Assembly (NCBI GenBank): GCA_035513215.1
Contig: DATKCK010000029.1
Span: 1,075 to 65,074 of the forward strand
DNA from: Gammaproteobacteria bacterium
Lineage (GTDB): Bacteria > Pseudomonadota > Gammaproteobacteria > Steroidobacterales > Rariloculaceae
Length of the DNA: 64,000 nt
Direction: 5' to 3'
The translations under genes and the position numbers were made by a program. Shown piece after piece: positions 9,871-19,923 of this stretch; the first letter of the stretch is position 1; every line of letters starts with the position of its first letter. The notes beneath the pieces are model-generated. The model saw only the letters and a program-made list of their open reading frames with translations, was not told the origin of the DNA and searched no databases.

Positions 9871-11162
9871 GCCTCGTCTGGCTCATGATCGTGCTCTTCG
9901 TCTGCCTCTTTCTCGGCGTGCCCATCGCGATCGCGTTGGGGCTTGCGAGCATTACGACCCTGCTGCTCTTCACGGATCACAGCCTGATCGTGCTCGCGCA
10001 GCGGTTCTTCTACACGATGCAGGTCTATCCTCTGCTTGCGATCCCGTTCTTTATTCTTGCCGGCACGTTCATGACCACGGGCGGCGTCGCGAGACGCATG
10101 ATCGACTTCGCCAACGCTCTAGTCGGCCACTTCCGCGGCGGTCTTGCGATGGCGGCGCTACTGGCGTGCGCACTGTTTGCGGCAGTTTCGGGCTCCTCGC
10201 CCGCAACCGTCGTCGCCGTCGGCACGATCATGATCGCCGGCATGGTCGCGAGCGGTTATCGGCGGGAGTTCGCGGCGGGGCTCATTTGCAATGCCGGCAC
10301 GCTCGGCATCCTGATTCCGCCATCGATCGTCATGGTGGTCTACGGCGCCGTGACCGAGACGTCGATCGGGCATCTGTTCATCGCGGGCGTTCTGCCGGGT
10401 GTCGTCCTCGTGCTCGCGCTGATGGCGGTCGTCGCCTTCCGTGCCCGTCGGGACGATCTGCCACGCCAGCCGCGCGCCGGCTTCGCGACGGTGTTGAGGA
10501 CGGGACGCGAGGCGATCTGGGGGCTCCTGCTCGTCGTCATCATTCTCGGCGGGATCTACCTCGGCGCCTTCACGCCGACCGAGGCGGCAGCCGTCTCGGC
10601 CGTCTACGCGTTCGTCGTCGCGGTCTTCGTCTATCGCGACCTTAAGCTTCGCGACGTGCCGAGGGTGCTGACCGAGAGCGCGCGCATCACGGCGATGCTG
10701 ATGTTCATCATCGCCAATGCGTTTCTGTTCGCGTTCGTCTTGACGACCGAGCAGCTGCCACAGCAGATCTCGGCCTGGATCATCGATCTCGGACTGCCGC
10801 CCTGGGCTTTCCTGCTCGTTCTGAACCTGATCCTGCTCGTCGCCGGGAACTTCATGGAGCCGGCCTCGGTGATTCTGATCCTGGCGCCGATCCTGTTTCC
10901 GATCGCGACGGCGCTCGGCGTTCATCCCGTGCATCTCGGCATCATCATGACGGTCAACATGGAGATCGGCATGATCACGCCGCCCGTCGGCCTCAATCTC
11001 TTCGTCACGGCCGGCATCGCCGACATGAGCGTGGCGCAGGTGATGCGGGCCGCGCTGCCCTGGCTCGCCGTGCTGATCGCCGTGCTGCTGTTGATCACCT
11101 ATGTGCCGGCGATCTCGCTCTGGCTGCCGGTGCTCGTCGGATGGCCGGACGCGGCGTCCTGA
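9867..11162 (+). CDS. dctM: TRAP transporter large permease
   Basis: 431 aa polytopic protein with typical DctM sequence (…AIPFFILAGTFMTTGGVARR…). Confidence 0.9.
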   Translation: MSLVWLMIVLFVCLFLGVPIAIALGLASITTLLLFTDHSLIVLAQRFFYTMQVYPLLAIPFFILAGTFMTTGGVARRMIDFANALVGHFRGGLAMAALLACALFAAVSGSSPATVVAVGTIMIAGMVASGYRREFAAGLICNAGTLGILIPPSIVMVVYGAVTETSIGHLFIAGVLPGVVLVLALMAVVAFRARRDDLPRQPRAGFATVLRTGREAIWGLLLVVIILGGIYLGAFTPTEAAAVSAVYAFVVAVFVYRDLKLRDVPRVLTESARITAMLMFIIANAFLFAFVLTTEQLPQQISAWIIDLGLPPWAFLLVLNLILLVAGNFMEPASVILILAPILFPIATALGVHPVHLGIIMTVNMEIGMITPPVGLNLFVTAGIADMSVAQVMRAALPWLAVLIAVLLLITYVPAISLWLPVLVGWPDAAS

Positions 11163-11188
11163 TGGCAAGTCCGCTAGAATCCGAATCC

Positions 11189-12814
11189 ATGACCAGGAGA
11201 ATCGAGCTCTACGACACAACGCTGCGCGACGGCGCGCAGTCCGAGGACGTCGCGTTCACGCTCGACGACAAGCTGCGCGTCGCCGAGCTCCTCGACGGTT
11301 GCGGGATTGCCTATATCGAGGGCGGCTGGCCCGGGTCGAACCCGCGCGACGAGGAATTCTTCAGCGCCGTCAGAAAGCTCAATCTGAGGCGCGCGCGGGT
11401 CGCGGCCTTCGGCTCGACGCGAAGGGCCAACGTCGCGGTCGCCGACGACCTGAATCTGAGGCAGCTGCTGAAGGCCGAGACGCCGGTCGTCACGATCGTC
11501 GGCAAGACCTGGGACCTGCACGTGCGCGACGATCTGAAAATCTCGAAGGAGCAGAACCTCGAGGTCATTGCTGATTCGATCGCGTATTTGAAGCAGCGCG
11601 TCGACGAGGTGATCTTCGACTGCGAGCACTTTTTCGACGGCTTCAAGGCCGATCCGGATTATTCGCGCGCGTGCCTCGCGGCCGCGGCGGGCGCCGACGT
11701 GCTCGTGCTTTGCGATACGCGCGGCGGCGCGATGCCGGCCGAGATCGTCGAGGCCGTCAGGGCGGCGACGATCCTCGGAGCGAAAGCAATCGGCATTCAT
11801 TGCCACAACGATTGCGAGCTCGCCGTCGCGAACTCGCTCGCGGCGGTCGGGGCCGGCGCAACGCAGGTGCAGGGCACGATCAACGGTTTCGGCGAGCGCT
11901 GCGGGAATGCGAATCTCTGCTCCGTCATTCCGAATCTCCAGCTCAAGCTCGGCTACGAGTGCGTCACGGCCGAGGAGCTTAAAGCGCTGCCGCGCGTCTC
12001 GCGCACGGTCTATGAGCTAGCCAACATCGAGCCGTTCAAGCGCCAGGCCTATGTCGGCGAGAGCGCCTTCGCGCACAAGGGCGGGCTGCACGTCGCGGCC
12101 GTGCAGAAGAACAGCGAGACCTACGAGCACATCGATCCCGCGCTCGTCGGCAACCGCCAGCGCGTGCTGGTCTCGGATCTCTCGGGGCGCAGCAACGTGC
12201 TCTACAAGGCGAAGCAGTTCGGCTACGACATCGACTACGGCAATCCTGCCGTCAAGGCCGTGCTCGAGCGCGTCAAGCAGCTCGAGGCGATCGGCTTCCA
12301 GTACGAAGGCGCCGAGGCGTCGTTTCAGCTATTGATGGAGGAGGCGCTGAACGGCCGCGTCAGCCACTTCAAGCTCAAGTCTTTTCGCGTCAGCGACGAG
12401 AAGATTCACGACGACGAGCCGATGCTCGCCGAGGCGACGGTGCGCATCGAGCTGCCCGACGGCACCGGGGCGCATACGGTCGCCGAGGGCAACGGCCCGC
12501 TGAACGCGCTCGATCTCGCGCTGCGCAAGGCGCTGATGCCGATGTATCCGAATCTCGAGGCAGTTGAGCTGCACGACTACAAGGTGCGCGTGCTCGGCAG
12601 CCACGACGGCACCGACGCCGTCGTTCGCGTTCTGATCGAATCGGGCGATGACGAGGATCACCGCTGGGGCACGGTCGGCGTCTCGTCGAACGTCATCGAA
12701 GCGAGCTGGCAGGCGCTCGTCGACAGCATCGAGTACAAGCTGTTCATCGACGAGAAGCGGGCGGCCGGCGAGCGCGATGCGGAGGTCAAGGCAGGCGAAC
12801 TGCCGGTCGGCTGA
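11189..12814 (+). CDS. cimA: citramalate synthase (LeuA/CimA family)
   Basis: Start trimmed to MTRRIELYDTTLRDGAQSE. HMGL-like TIM barrel (…HCHNDCELAVANSLAAV…) plus a C-terminal LeuA-dimer regulatory domain. The length and N-terminus fit CimA-type enzymes. Confidence 0.85.
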   Translation: MTRRIELYDTTLRDGAQSEDVAFTLDDKLRVAELLDGCGIAYIEGGWPGSNPRDEEFFSAVRKLNLRRARVAAFGSTRRANVAVADDLNLRQLLKAETPVVTIVGKTWDLHVRDDLKISKEQNLEVIADSIAYLKQRVDEVIFDCEHFFDGFKADPDYSRACLAAAAGADVLVLCDTRGGAMPAEIVEAVRAATILGAKAIGIHCHNDCELAVANSLAAVGAGATQVQGTINGFGERCGNANLCSVIPNLQLKLGYECVTAEELKALPRVSRTVYELANIEPFKRQAYVGESAFAHKGGLHVAAVQKNSETYEHIDPALVGNRQRVLVSDLSGRSNVLYKAKQFGYDIDYGNPAVKAVLERVKQLEAIGFQYEGAEASFQLLMEEALNGRVSHFKLKSFRVSDEKIHDDEPMLAEATVRIELPDGTGAHTVAEGNGPLNALDLALRKALMPMYPNLEAVELHDYKVRVLGSHDGTDAVVRVLIESGDDEDHRWGTVGVSSNVIEASWQALVDSIEYKLFIDEKRAAGERDAEVKAGELPVG

Positions 12815-12936
12815 TCACCTGGGCGCAAGCTCGCGGACCTCGGTTGCGCACAGATCGGTATCGATTCCAGCCCGGAGCTCGTCAACGCGGCTCGCGCTCT
12901 CGGTCTCGATTTGGGTTTTCCTCCGGCGTCGAACGC
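12815..12936 (+). pseudogene. possible remnant of a class I SAM methyltransferase (start-less fragment)
   Basis: Directly after the cimA stop, in the same frame: SPGRKLADLGCAQIGIDSSPELVNAARALGLD. This resembles the segment after motif I of class I methyltransferases. There is no start codon and no motif I. Confidence 0.3.
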
Positions 12937-13554
12937 TTACTTCTTCGCCACGATGAACGCCGCCCTGTTCCCGGTGGGCCGCCATCTGTGATCGATCTCG
13001 AAGCCTGCCTCCGTCAACATCGCCTCGAGCTCGGTCTGCGAAAACACGGCGACGTACGGCGTGAGCCGCAGGAACCGCAGGGTCGGCAGGAGAACGCGCC
13101 AGAAGATGCTCGCGTCCCCCACGCATACCGTGCTCGTGACGAACGCGCCGCCGGGCTTCAGCATCGCATAGACCTTCCTGATGACGTCTTCGACGTTCGG
13201 CAGCAGATGCAGAATGCTGTGCGCCATGACGACGTCGACGCTGTCGTTGGGCTTGCGAACGGCGATGACGCTGATGCATTCGAAGTCGATATTCGTGATG
13301 CTCTCCGCTGCGGCCTTGCCCCTGGCGATCTCGATCATCGCCGAGGAATAGTCCGTCGCATGAATGTGCTTTACGTAAGGCGCGTGCCGGATCGCCGTCG
13401 AGCCGGTGCCGCAGCCGAATTCGAAGACCTCGGTACCGGGAGTGAAATACTCGCGCGTGACTCTGAGCTTCTTTTGATAGTCCTCTTCGTGCTTGACCGG
13501 CGCGGCCGCATAGCGCTTGGCCAACCAGTTCCAGAGCTTCGCGGACCTTTCCAT
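12937..13554 (-). CDS. class I SAM-dependent methyltransferase
   Basis: Start trimmed to MERSAKLWNWLAKRY, because the upstream oadB stops at 13580. Motif I is VFEFGCGTGS. Confidence 0.75.
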   Translation of the reverse strand: MERSAKLWNWLAKRYAAAPVKHEEDYQKKLRVTREYFTPGTEVFEFGCGTGSTAIRHAPYVKHIHATDYSSAMIEIARGKAAAESITNIDFECISVIAVRKPNDSVDVVMAHSILHLLPNVEDVIRKVYAMLKPGGAFVTSTVCVGDASIFWRVLLPTLRFLRLTPYVAVFSQTELEAMLTEAGFEIDHRWRPTGNRAAFIVAKK

Positions 13555-13579
13555 TCGCGTCGCGTTTTTGGGCTCAGTC

Positions 13580-14713
13580 TCAGCCGACCAAAGCCAGCAA
13601 TACGCCGGCCGCGACGGCCGACCCGATGACGCCGGCGACGTTCGGGCCCATGGCATGCATCAGGAGGAAGTTGTTCTGATTCGCCTCGAGCCCAACCCGG
13701 TTCACGACGCGCGCGGCCATCGGCACGGCCGAGACGCCGGCGGCGCCGATCAGCGGGTTGACCTGGCCGTTCGTCAGCTTGCACATGAGCTTGCCCATCA
13801 GCACGCCGGCCGCCGTGCCGATCGAAAACGCCGCTGCGCCGAGCACGAGAATACCGAGCGTCTGCACATTGAGGAACGAGTCGGCGCTGAGCTTCGAGCC
13901 GACCGCGAGACCGAGAAAAATCGTCACGATGTTGATGATCTCGTTTTGCGCCGCTTTGCTAAGGCGCTCGACGACGCCGCTCTCACGCAGCAGATTGCCG
14001 AAGGTCAGCATGCCTATCAGCGGCACGGCCTCGGGGAGGAGCAGGGCCGTCACGATCAGCACGGTCAGCGGAAACAGGATCCGTTCGAGCCGCGACACGG
14101 GACGTAGCTGCTGCATGACGATGGCGCGCTCCTTCTCGTTCGTCAGTGCGCGCATGATCGGCGGCTGAATGATCGGCACTAGGGCCATGTACGAGTAGGC
14201 CGCGACGGCGATCGCGCCGAGAAGCTCCGGTGCGAGCCGCGAGGCGAGAAAGATGGCCGTCGGCCCGTCGGCCCCGCCGATGATGCCGATGGCGGCGGCG
14301 TCGGCCAGGCTGAAGTCGAAGCCCGGCAATGCGTTCAGTCCGATCGCGCCGAGCAAGGTCAGAAAGATGCCGAATTGCGCGGCAGCGCCGAGCAGCAGCA
14401 CCTTGGGATTCGCGATCAGCGGGCTGAAGTCTGTCAGCGCCCCGACCCCCATGAAGATCAGCAGCGGAAAGACGCCCGTATCGACGCCGGCGGCGTAGAT
14501 GAGCCCGATGAGCCCTTCGGGGCCCGCGATGCCTGCGACCGGAATGTTGCTCAGGATCGCGCCGAAGCCGATCGGCACGAGCAGCAGCGGCTCGAACTTC
14601 TTGTAGATCGCGAGGAAGAGCAGCAGGCCGCCGACGAGAATCATCGCGACCTCGCCGAGCGTGAAATTGGCGAGCCCGGTCGAGGCCCAAAGCTCCCTGA
14701 TGCCGCTCTCCAT
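13580..14713 (-). CDS. oadB: Na+-translocating oxaloacetate decarboxylase beta subunit
   Basis: 377-aa polytopic protein of the OadB/GcdB/MmdB family (…GADGPTAIF…, …NLLRESGV…). It is the last gene of a gamma-alpha-beta operon. Confidence 0.9.
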   Translation of the reverse strand: MESGIRELWASTGLANFTLGEVAMILVGGLLLFLAIYKKFEPLLLVPIGFGAILSNIPVAGIAGPEGLIGLIYAAGVDTGVFPLLIFMGVGALTDFSPLIANPKVLLLGAAAQFGIFLTLLGAIGLNALPGFDFSLADAAAIGIIGGADGPTAIFLASRLAPELLGAIAVAAYSYMALVPIIQPPIMRALTNEKERAIVMQQLRPVSRLERILFPLTVLIVTALLLPEAVPLIGMLTFGNLLRESGVVERLSKAAQNEIINIVTIFLGLAVGSKLSADSFLNVQTLGILVLGAAAFSIGTAAGVLMGKLMCKLTNGQVNPLIGAAGVSAVPMAARVVNRVGLEANQNNFLLMHAMGPNVAGVIGSAVAAGVLLALVG

Positions 14714-14721
14714 CCGAAGTC

Positions 14722-16494
14722 TCAGCTCAGGTCGAGCAGCTTGTTACCGAGCTCGACGGTATCCCCTTCCTTGACCGCGATATCGGCAACGAGGCCGGCG
14801 CGCGGCGAGCGGACTTCGGTTTCCATCTTCATTGCCTCGAGGATCAGAAGCACCTCGCCGGCCGCAACCTGCTGGCCGGGGCGCGCGAGGATCTTGAAGA
14901 TATTGCCGGCGAGCGGGGCATTGACGGCTTCGAGCGATCTCGCCGACGCGGCTGCCGACGGCGCCTGCCGCTCAGGCGAGATCGAGCTGATCGCGCCGCC
15001 GGGCGCGACCTCGACCTCATAGGACTGGCCGTTGACTGTGACACGATAGCGCTCGGGTCCGCCGGCCGGCGTCGCCGCTGCCGGCTCGGATCTGGTCTCC
15101 TTAGGCGCCGCCTGGTCCGGAGGCGGCTCGAATGCGTCGGGCTTGCCGCGATTCTCGAGAAACTTCAGGCCGATCTGTGGAAAGAGTGCATAGGTAAGCG
15201 CGTCCTCGACACCATGCGCGGCGATGCCTTTCGCCTTCGACTTCTGCTTGAGATCGGCCGTGATCGTCTGCATTTCCGGCGCGATGAGATCGGCCGGGCG
15301 GCAGGTGATCGGCTTCTCGCCTTCGAGCACGCGCGCCTGAAGATCCTTGTCGACCGGAATCGGTGTTGCGCCGTAGTGGCCCTTGAGGATCGCCTGGGTT
15401 TCTTTCGTGATGTTCTTGTAGCGTTCGCCAAGCAGCACGTTGAGCACGGACTGCGTGCCAACGATCTGGGACGTCGGCGTCACGAGCGGGATATAGCCCA
15501 GATCTTTGCGAACTCGCGGAATCTCCTTGAGCACATCGTCGAACGAATCGGCGGCGCCCTGTTCTTTGAGCTGCTTCTCCATGTTCGTCAGCATGCCGCC
15601 CGGCACCTGCGCGACGAGAATTCGCGCGTCGACGCCGCGCAGGCTACCCTCGAACTGCGCGTACTTCTTGCGCACCTTTCGGAAGTAATCGGCGATATCG
15701 TCGAGCAGATGCAGGTCGAGCTTCGTATCCCGATCCGTGGCCTGGAGAATCGCGACGACCGATTCCGTCGCCGAGTGGCCGTAGGTCATGCTCATCGACG
15801 AGATCGCCGTGTCGAGCATGTCGATGCCGGCTTCGGCGGCCTTGATGTTCGTGACCGTGCTCATGCCCGTCGTCGCGTGCGACTGCATGGCGATCGGAAC
15901 ACTGCATACGCGCTTGAGCTTCGAGACCAGCTCGTACGCGACATAGGGCTTCAGGAGCCCGGCCATGTCCTTGATGCAGATCGAATGGCAGCCCATGTCC
16001 TCGAGCCGCCGGCCCATATCGACCCAGAGGTCCAGTGTGTGGACGGGGCTCACGGTGTACGACATCGTGCCCTGGGCATGCTTGCCGCACTTGATCGTCG
16101 CCTTGACGGCCGTCTCGAGATTGCGAAAGTCGTTCAGCGCGTCGAAGATCCGGAAGATGTCCATGCCATTCTCGGCCGATTTCTCGACGAAGGACTCGAC
16201 GACGTCGTCGGCGTAGTGGCGGTAGCCGAGCAGGTTCTGGCCCCTGAGCAGCATCTGCTGCGGCGTGTTCGGCATGTGCTTCTTGATCTGCCGCAGGCGC
16301 TCCCAGGGATCCTCGCCGAGATACCGGATGCAGGCATCGAAGGTCGCGCCGCCCCAGCTCTCCATCGACCAGTAGCCGACCCGATCGAGCTTCGGCAGGA
16401 TCGGCAGCATGTCCTCGAGCCTGAGCCGCGTGGCGAGCAGCGATTGATGCGCGTCGCGCAATACGAGTTCGGTCAGCTTCAGCGGTTGACTCAT
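14722..16494 (-). CDS. oadA: oxaloacetate decarboxylase alpha subunit (carboxyltransferase + biotinyl domain)
   Basis: 590 aa. N-terminal HMGL-like carboxyltransferase ([12 protein letters not shown]) and a C-terminal biotin attachment motif EAMKME. Confidence 0.9.
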   Translation of the reverse strand: MSQPLKLTELVLRDAHQSLLATRLRLEDMLPILPKLDRVGYWSMESWGGATFDACIRYLGEDPWERLRQIKKHMPNTPQQMLLRGQNLLGYRHYADDVVESFVEKSAENGMDIFRIFDALNDFRNLETAVKATIKCGKHAQGTMSYTVSPVHTLDLWVDMGRRLEDMGCHSICIKDMAGLLKPYVAYELVSKLKRVCSVPIAMQSHATTGMSTVTNIKAAEAGIDMLDTAISSMSMTYGHSATESVVAILQATDRDTKLDLHLLDDIADYFRKVRKKYAQFEGSLRGVDARILVAQVPGGMLTNMEKQLKEQGAADSFDDVLKEIPRVRKDLGYIPLVTPTSQIVGTQSVLNVLLGERYKNITKETQAILKGHYGATPIPVDKDLQARVLEGEKPITCRPADLIAPEMQTITADLKQKSKAKGIAAHGVEDALTYALFPQIGLKFLENRGKPDAFEPPPDQAAPKETRSEPAAATPAGGPERYRVTVNGQSYEVEVAPGGAISSISPERQAPSAAASARSLEAVNAPLAGNIFKILARPGQQVAAGEVLLILEAMKMETEVRSPRAGLVADIAVKEGDTVELGNKLLDLS

Positions 16495-16506
16495 TCTTCG
16501 ACGTTC

Positions 16507-16746
16507 CTAGCGGCGTTTTCTTCGATGCGCGGCGATGGCGGCGCTGATGACCCCGACCAGCTCCTGATTCGGGTTGGCAGGCGTTGCGGGGCGCGGCGAG
16601 ACCGTTGCGGTCGGAAAAGCGGCCTCGAGTCTATGACTCAGAGCCGACATGCCGCGGATGATGCCGACGAGCAGGGTCAGCAGCACGAAGACGACGCCCA
16701 TGCCGATGGCAGTCACGTTCAATCCGGCCTGGAGCAGTTGTTCCAT
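16507..16746 (-). CDS. oadG: oxaloacetate decarboxylase gamma subunit
   Basis: 79 aa with a single N-terminal TM helix. The position immediately upstream of oadA is typical of OadG. Confidence 0.7.
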   Translation of the reverse strand: MEQLLQAGLNVTAIGMGVVFVLLTLLVGIIRGMSALSHRLEAAFPTATVSPRPATPANPNQELVGVISAAIAAHRRKRR

Positions 16747-16795
16747 CGCTTGAATCCCCGGGAAGGGGCGAGATTATAGGCCAGAGAGTGGAAAT

Positions 16796-16875
16796 GGGGT
16801 CAGACCCCTTTCAGGATCGGAATCCTGAAATGGGTCTGACCCCCCCAAGATACCGCTGAAGGGGGTCTGACCCCC
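16796..16875. repeat. REP-like palindromic element, copy A (hairpin 16796-16844 plus an extra right arm 16856-16875)
   Basis: GGGGTCAGACCCCTTTCAG-GAT-cgga-ATC-CTGAAATGGGTCTGACCCC. The same 19-nt arm recurs at 24039 and 54941. Confidence 0.8.
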
Positions 16876-16920
16876 AAGACACCGTTGACTAGAACTTACG
16901 CCCGGCATACCGTCTGAGTC

Positions 16921-17754
16921 GTGTCGAGAACGGTGATTCACAAGCTTCGCGGCCGGCCAACGAGCGATGGCGCCGGCGTGCGCATGACGCGCGTGATCGG
17001 AACGCCCGCGCTCGATCATTTCGATCCTTTCCTGCTGCTCGACGAGTTCCGGTCCGACGATCCCAGCGATTATATCGCCGGATTTCCCGATCACCCGCAT
17101 CGCGGCTTCGAAACGGTCACCTACATGCTCGCCGGGCGGATGAAGCACGGCGACAATCAGGGCAACACCGGGCTGCTCGGACCCGGCAGCGTGCAATGGA
17201 TGACGGCCGGACGCGGCATCGTGCATTCGGAGATGCCGCAGCAAGAGAACGGCCTGATGTGGGGCTTTCAGCTCTGGGTCAATCTGCCGGCGTCGGAAAA
17301 GATGACGGCCCCGCGCTATCAGGATTTGCAGGGCGACGAGATACCCGAGGCCGACGTCGCTCCCGGCGTGCATGCGCGCATCATTGCTGGCGAGCTCGCG
17401 GGCGTTGCGGGCGCCGTGACCAAGGTCGCGACGGAGCCCGTTTACTACGATCTGCACTTCGATGACGGCGCGGCACTAACCGTGCCGCTGCCCGAAGCGC
17501 ACAATGCATTCATCTATGTCTATCAGGGCACGATGCGCGCCGGATCCGAAGGCGCGAGCGTCGAGCGTGGCGAGCTCGCCCTCCTGAGTCAGGGCGACTC
17601 GGTCGAGCTCGCGGCGACAGATGAGCCGAGTCGGCTCATTCTCATCGCCGGACGGCCCCTGAAGGAGCCCATTGCTCGCTATGGCCCGTTCGTCATGAAC
17701 ACCAACGACGAGCTCAGGCAGGCCTTTCTCGATTATCAGAGCGGCCGGCTCTAG
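16921..17754 (+). CDS. pirin-family protein (bicupin)
   Basis: 277 aa with a GTG start. Signature …GFPDHPHRGFETVTYML…. Confidence 0.9.
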   Translation: MSRTVIHKLRGRPTSDGAGVRMTRVIGTPALDHFDPFLLLDEFRSDDPSDYIAGFPDHPHRGFETVTYMLAGRMKHGDNQGNTGLLGPGSVQWMTAGRGIVHSEMPQQENGLMWGFQLWVNLPASEKMTAPRYQDLQGDEIPEADVAPGVHARIIAGELAGVAGAVTKVATEPVYYDLHFDDGAALTVPLPEAHNAFIYVYQGTMRAGSEGASVERGELALLSQGDSVELAATDEPSRLILIAGRPLKEPIARYGPFVMNTNDELRQAFLDYQSGRL

Positions 17755-17769
17755 GCGGACAGCCAGGTA

Positions 17770-18750
17770 TTATCCCAAGCGTGTCCTGTCGTGCGGCGCC
17801 GAGTAGTCGATCTCCGGCCCGATCGGCACGATCCGATGTGGATTGATCGTCTCGTGACTGCCGTAGTAGTGCCGCTTGCAAAATTCGATATCGACAGTCT
17901 CAGCGATACCGGGCTGCTGGTACAGGTCGCGCAGATAACCCGACAGATTCGGGTAGTCGATGATGCGCCGGACGTTGCATTTGAAGTGGCCGAAGTAGAC
18001 CGGATCGAAGCGTGCGAGGGTCGTGAACAGTCGCCAGTCGGCTTCGGTGATGCTCGAGCCCGTCAGGTACCGCTTGGCCGACAGGAGATCATCGAGCCAG
18101 TCGAGTGATTCGAACAGCGCCGTGCACGCTTCCTCGTAGGCTTCCTGGGTCGTCGCGAAGCCCGACTTGTAAACGCCGTTGTTGACCGTGTCGTAGACGC
18201 GCTCGTTGATCGCGTCGATCTCCTCGCGCAGCGCCTCGGGACAATAATCGGGGCCAGTCGCGCCGACCTCGTCGAAAGCGCTGTTGAACATGCGAATGAT
18301 CTCGGCCGACTCGTTCGAGACGATCGTCGCGAGCTTCTTGTCCCACAGAACAGGCACCGTGGCGCGGCCCGAGTACTTCGGGTCGGCGGCAAGATAGACC
18401 TCGTAGATGCGTTTGGCCTTATTGATCGGGTCCGCAATGACGCTGGGGCCAGGCTCGAAGGTCCAACCCTCGGAACCCATGTACGAATTCACGGCCGAGA
18501 TCGGAATCATCTCCTCGAGGCCCTTGAGCTTGCGGAAGATCAGCGTCCGATGCGCCCAGGGACAGGCCAGTGATACGTAAAGGTGATAGCGATCGGGCTC
18601 GGCCCTGAAGCCCGACTTGCCCGCCGGTCCAGCGCTGCCGTCAGCCGTGATCCAGTTGCGAAACTGCGATTCGTTGCGCACGAAGCGTCCCTTGGACTTT
18701 TTCGTGTCGTACCAGACATCGTGCCACTGGCCGTCGACCAACATTCCCAT
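17770..18750 (-). CDS. yqjG: glutathionyl-hydroquinone reductase (Xi-class GST, YqjG/ECM4 family)
   Basis: 326 aa. N-terminal …RYHLYVSLACPWAHRTL… CPWA motif and the length are characteristic. Confidence 0.85.
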   Translation of the reverse strand: MGMLVDGQWHDVWYDTKKSKGRFVRNESQFRNWITADGSAGPAGKSGFRAEPDRYHLYVSLACPWAHRTLIFRKLKGLEEMIPISAVNSYMGSEGWTFEPGPSVIADPINKAKRIYEVYLAADPKYSGRATVPVLWDKKLATIVSNESAEIIRMFNSAFDEVGATGPDYCPEALREEIDAINERVYDTVNNGVYKSGFATTQEAYEEACTALFESLDWLDDLLSAKRYLTGSSITEADWRLFTTLARFDPVYFGHFKCNVRRIIDYPNLSGYLRDLYQQPGIAETVDIEFCKRHYYGSHETINPHRIVPIGPEIDYSAPHDRTRLG

Positions 18751-18828
18751 GCCCTCACGATAGCGGCTGGCGCCTTCGCGTCAACCGCAATCGTTTTCAG
18801 CATGCGTCGTACGTGGTACTGTCGCCGC

Positions 18829-19905
18829 ATGCGGGGGAGGCATCTGATTGCAACGGCCAGCCTTGGCCTCGGCTTGCTCGCGGGCGGCGCCGCGGCGGAA
18901 GAGGTGCGGCTGACGATCGCATCGAGTCATACGACGGGCCTGCCCTGGGTGGGGGTCATGCACACGCTCGTCGTTCCGGAATCGAACGCCAGGCTCGAAG
19001 CCATGGGGAGCCCGCATCGCATCCGCTGGACTGAAAGTTACGGCGGCTCGCTCTACAAGCTCAATCACACGCTCGAGGCCGTCGAGATCGGCCTGACGGA
19101 CATCGGCTGGGTCGGCACGCTCTGGGAGCTGTCGAAGATGCCGCTGCAGAATGTGACCTACTACACGCCGTTCGTCACCGACGATCACAACCTGATCTAC
19201 GCGCTCATGAACGAGCTGCACGAGCGCCTGCCGGCGTTGAACGATGCGTGGACCGCGCAGAACCAGAAGTTCCTCGGCGGTAGCGCCGTCGATACCTATC
19301 ACCTGATGACCAATTTCGAGGTCGACAGTCTTGATGATCTCAACGGCAGGAAGATACTCGCGCCCGGACCATCGGCCTCGTGGCTCGAGGGGACGGGGGC
19401 CGTTGCCGTCGACGGCGGGCTCACGACCTACTACACGCAGATCTCCACCGGTGTCGCCGAGGGCGTATTGACGATCCTGACCGGCGCGCTGCCTTACCGG
19501 ATTCATGAGGTCGCACCCTACATCGCGCTCGTCGGAATCGGCGGACAGCTGACGGGGGGCATGGCGATCAATCTCGATACCTGGAACGCGCTCCCCGAGG
19601 ATGTTCGAGACGTGCTGGACGAGCTTGGAATCGACTACAGCGAAGCTGTGGCGGCAGAGGTCGGCGCGCGCTACTCGCGCGGGCTCGAGCAAATGCAGGC
19701 CGAGGGCGCGATCGTGTCCGAGCTTCCCGCGGCCGAGAAGCAACGATGGATCGACGGCCTGCCCAACATCGCGGCACGCTGGGTCGAAGCGAACGAGGCG
19801 CGAGGTTTTCCGGCCGGCGAGGTTCTTCGCGTTTACATGGCTGCCGTCAGGAGCCGTGGCGCGGAGCCGCTCAGAGACTGGGACCTGGAACTCCAACAAC
19901 AATAA
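18829..19905 (+). CDS. TRAP transporter substrate-binding protein (second system)
   Basis: Start trimmed to MRGRHLIATASLGLGLLAGGAAA (signal peptide). The ATG at 18802 is also possible. Followed by a fused TRAP permease. Confidence 0.75.
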   Translation: MRGRHLIATASLGLGLLAGGAAAEEVRLTIASSHTTGLPWVGVMHTLVVPESNARLEAMGSPHRIRWTESYGGSLYKLNHTLEAVEIGLTDIGWVGTLWELSKMPLQNVTYYTPFVTDDHNLIYALMNELHERLPALNDAWTAQNQKFLGGSAVDTYHLMTNFEVDSLDDLNGRKILAPGPSASWLEGTGAVAVDGGLTTYYTQISTGVAEGVLTILTGALPYRIHEVAPYIALVGIGGQLTGGMAINLDTWNALPEDVRDVLDELGIDYSEAVAAEVGARYSRGLEQMQAEGAIVSELPAAEKQRWIDGLPNIAARWVEANEARGFPAGEVLRVYMAAVRSRGAEPLRDWDLELQQQ

Positions 19906-19923
19906 TTCCAACAACAGCCACCG

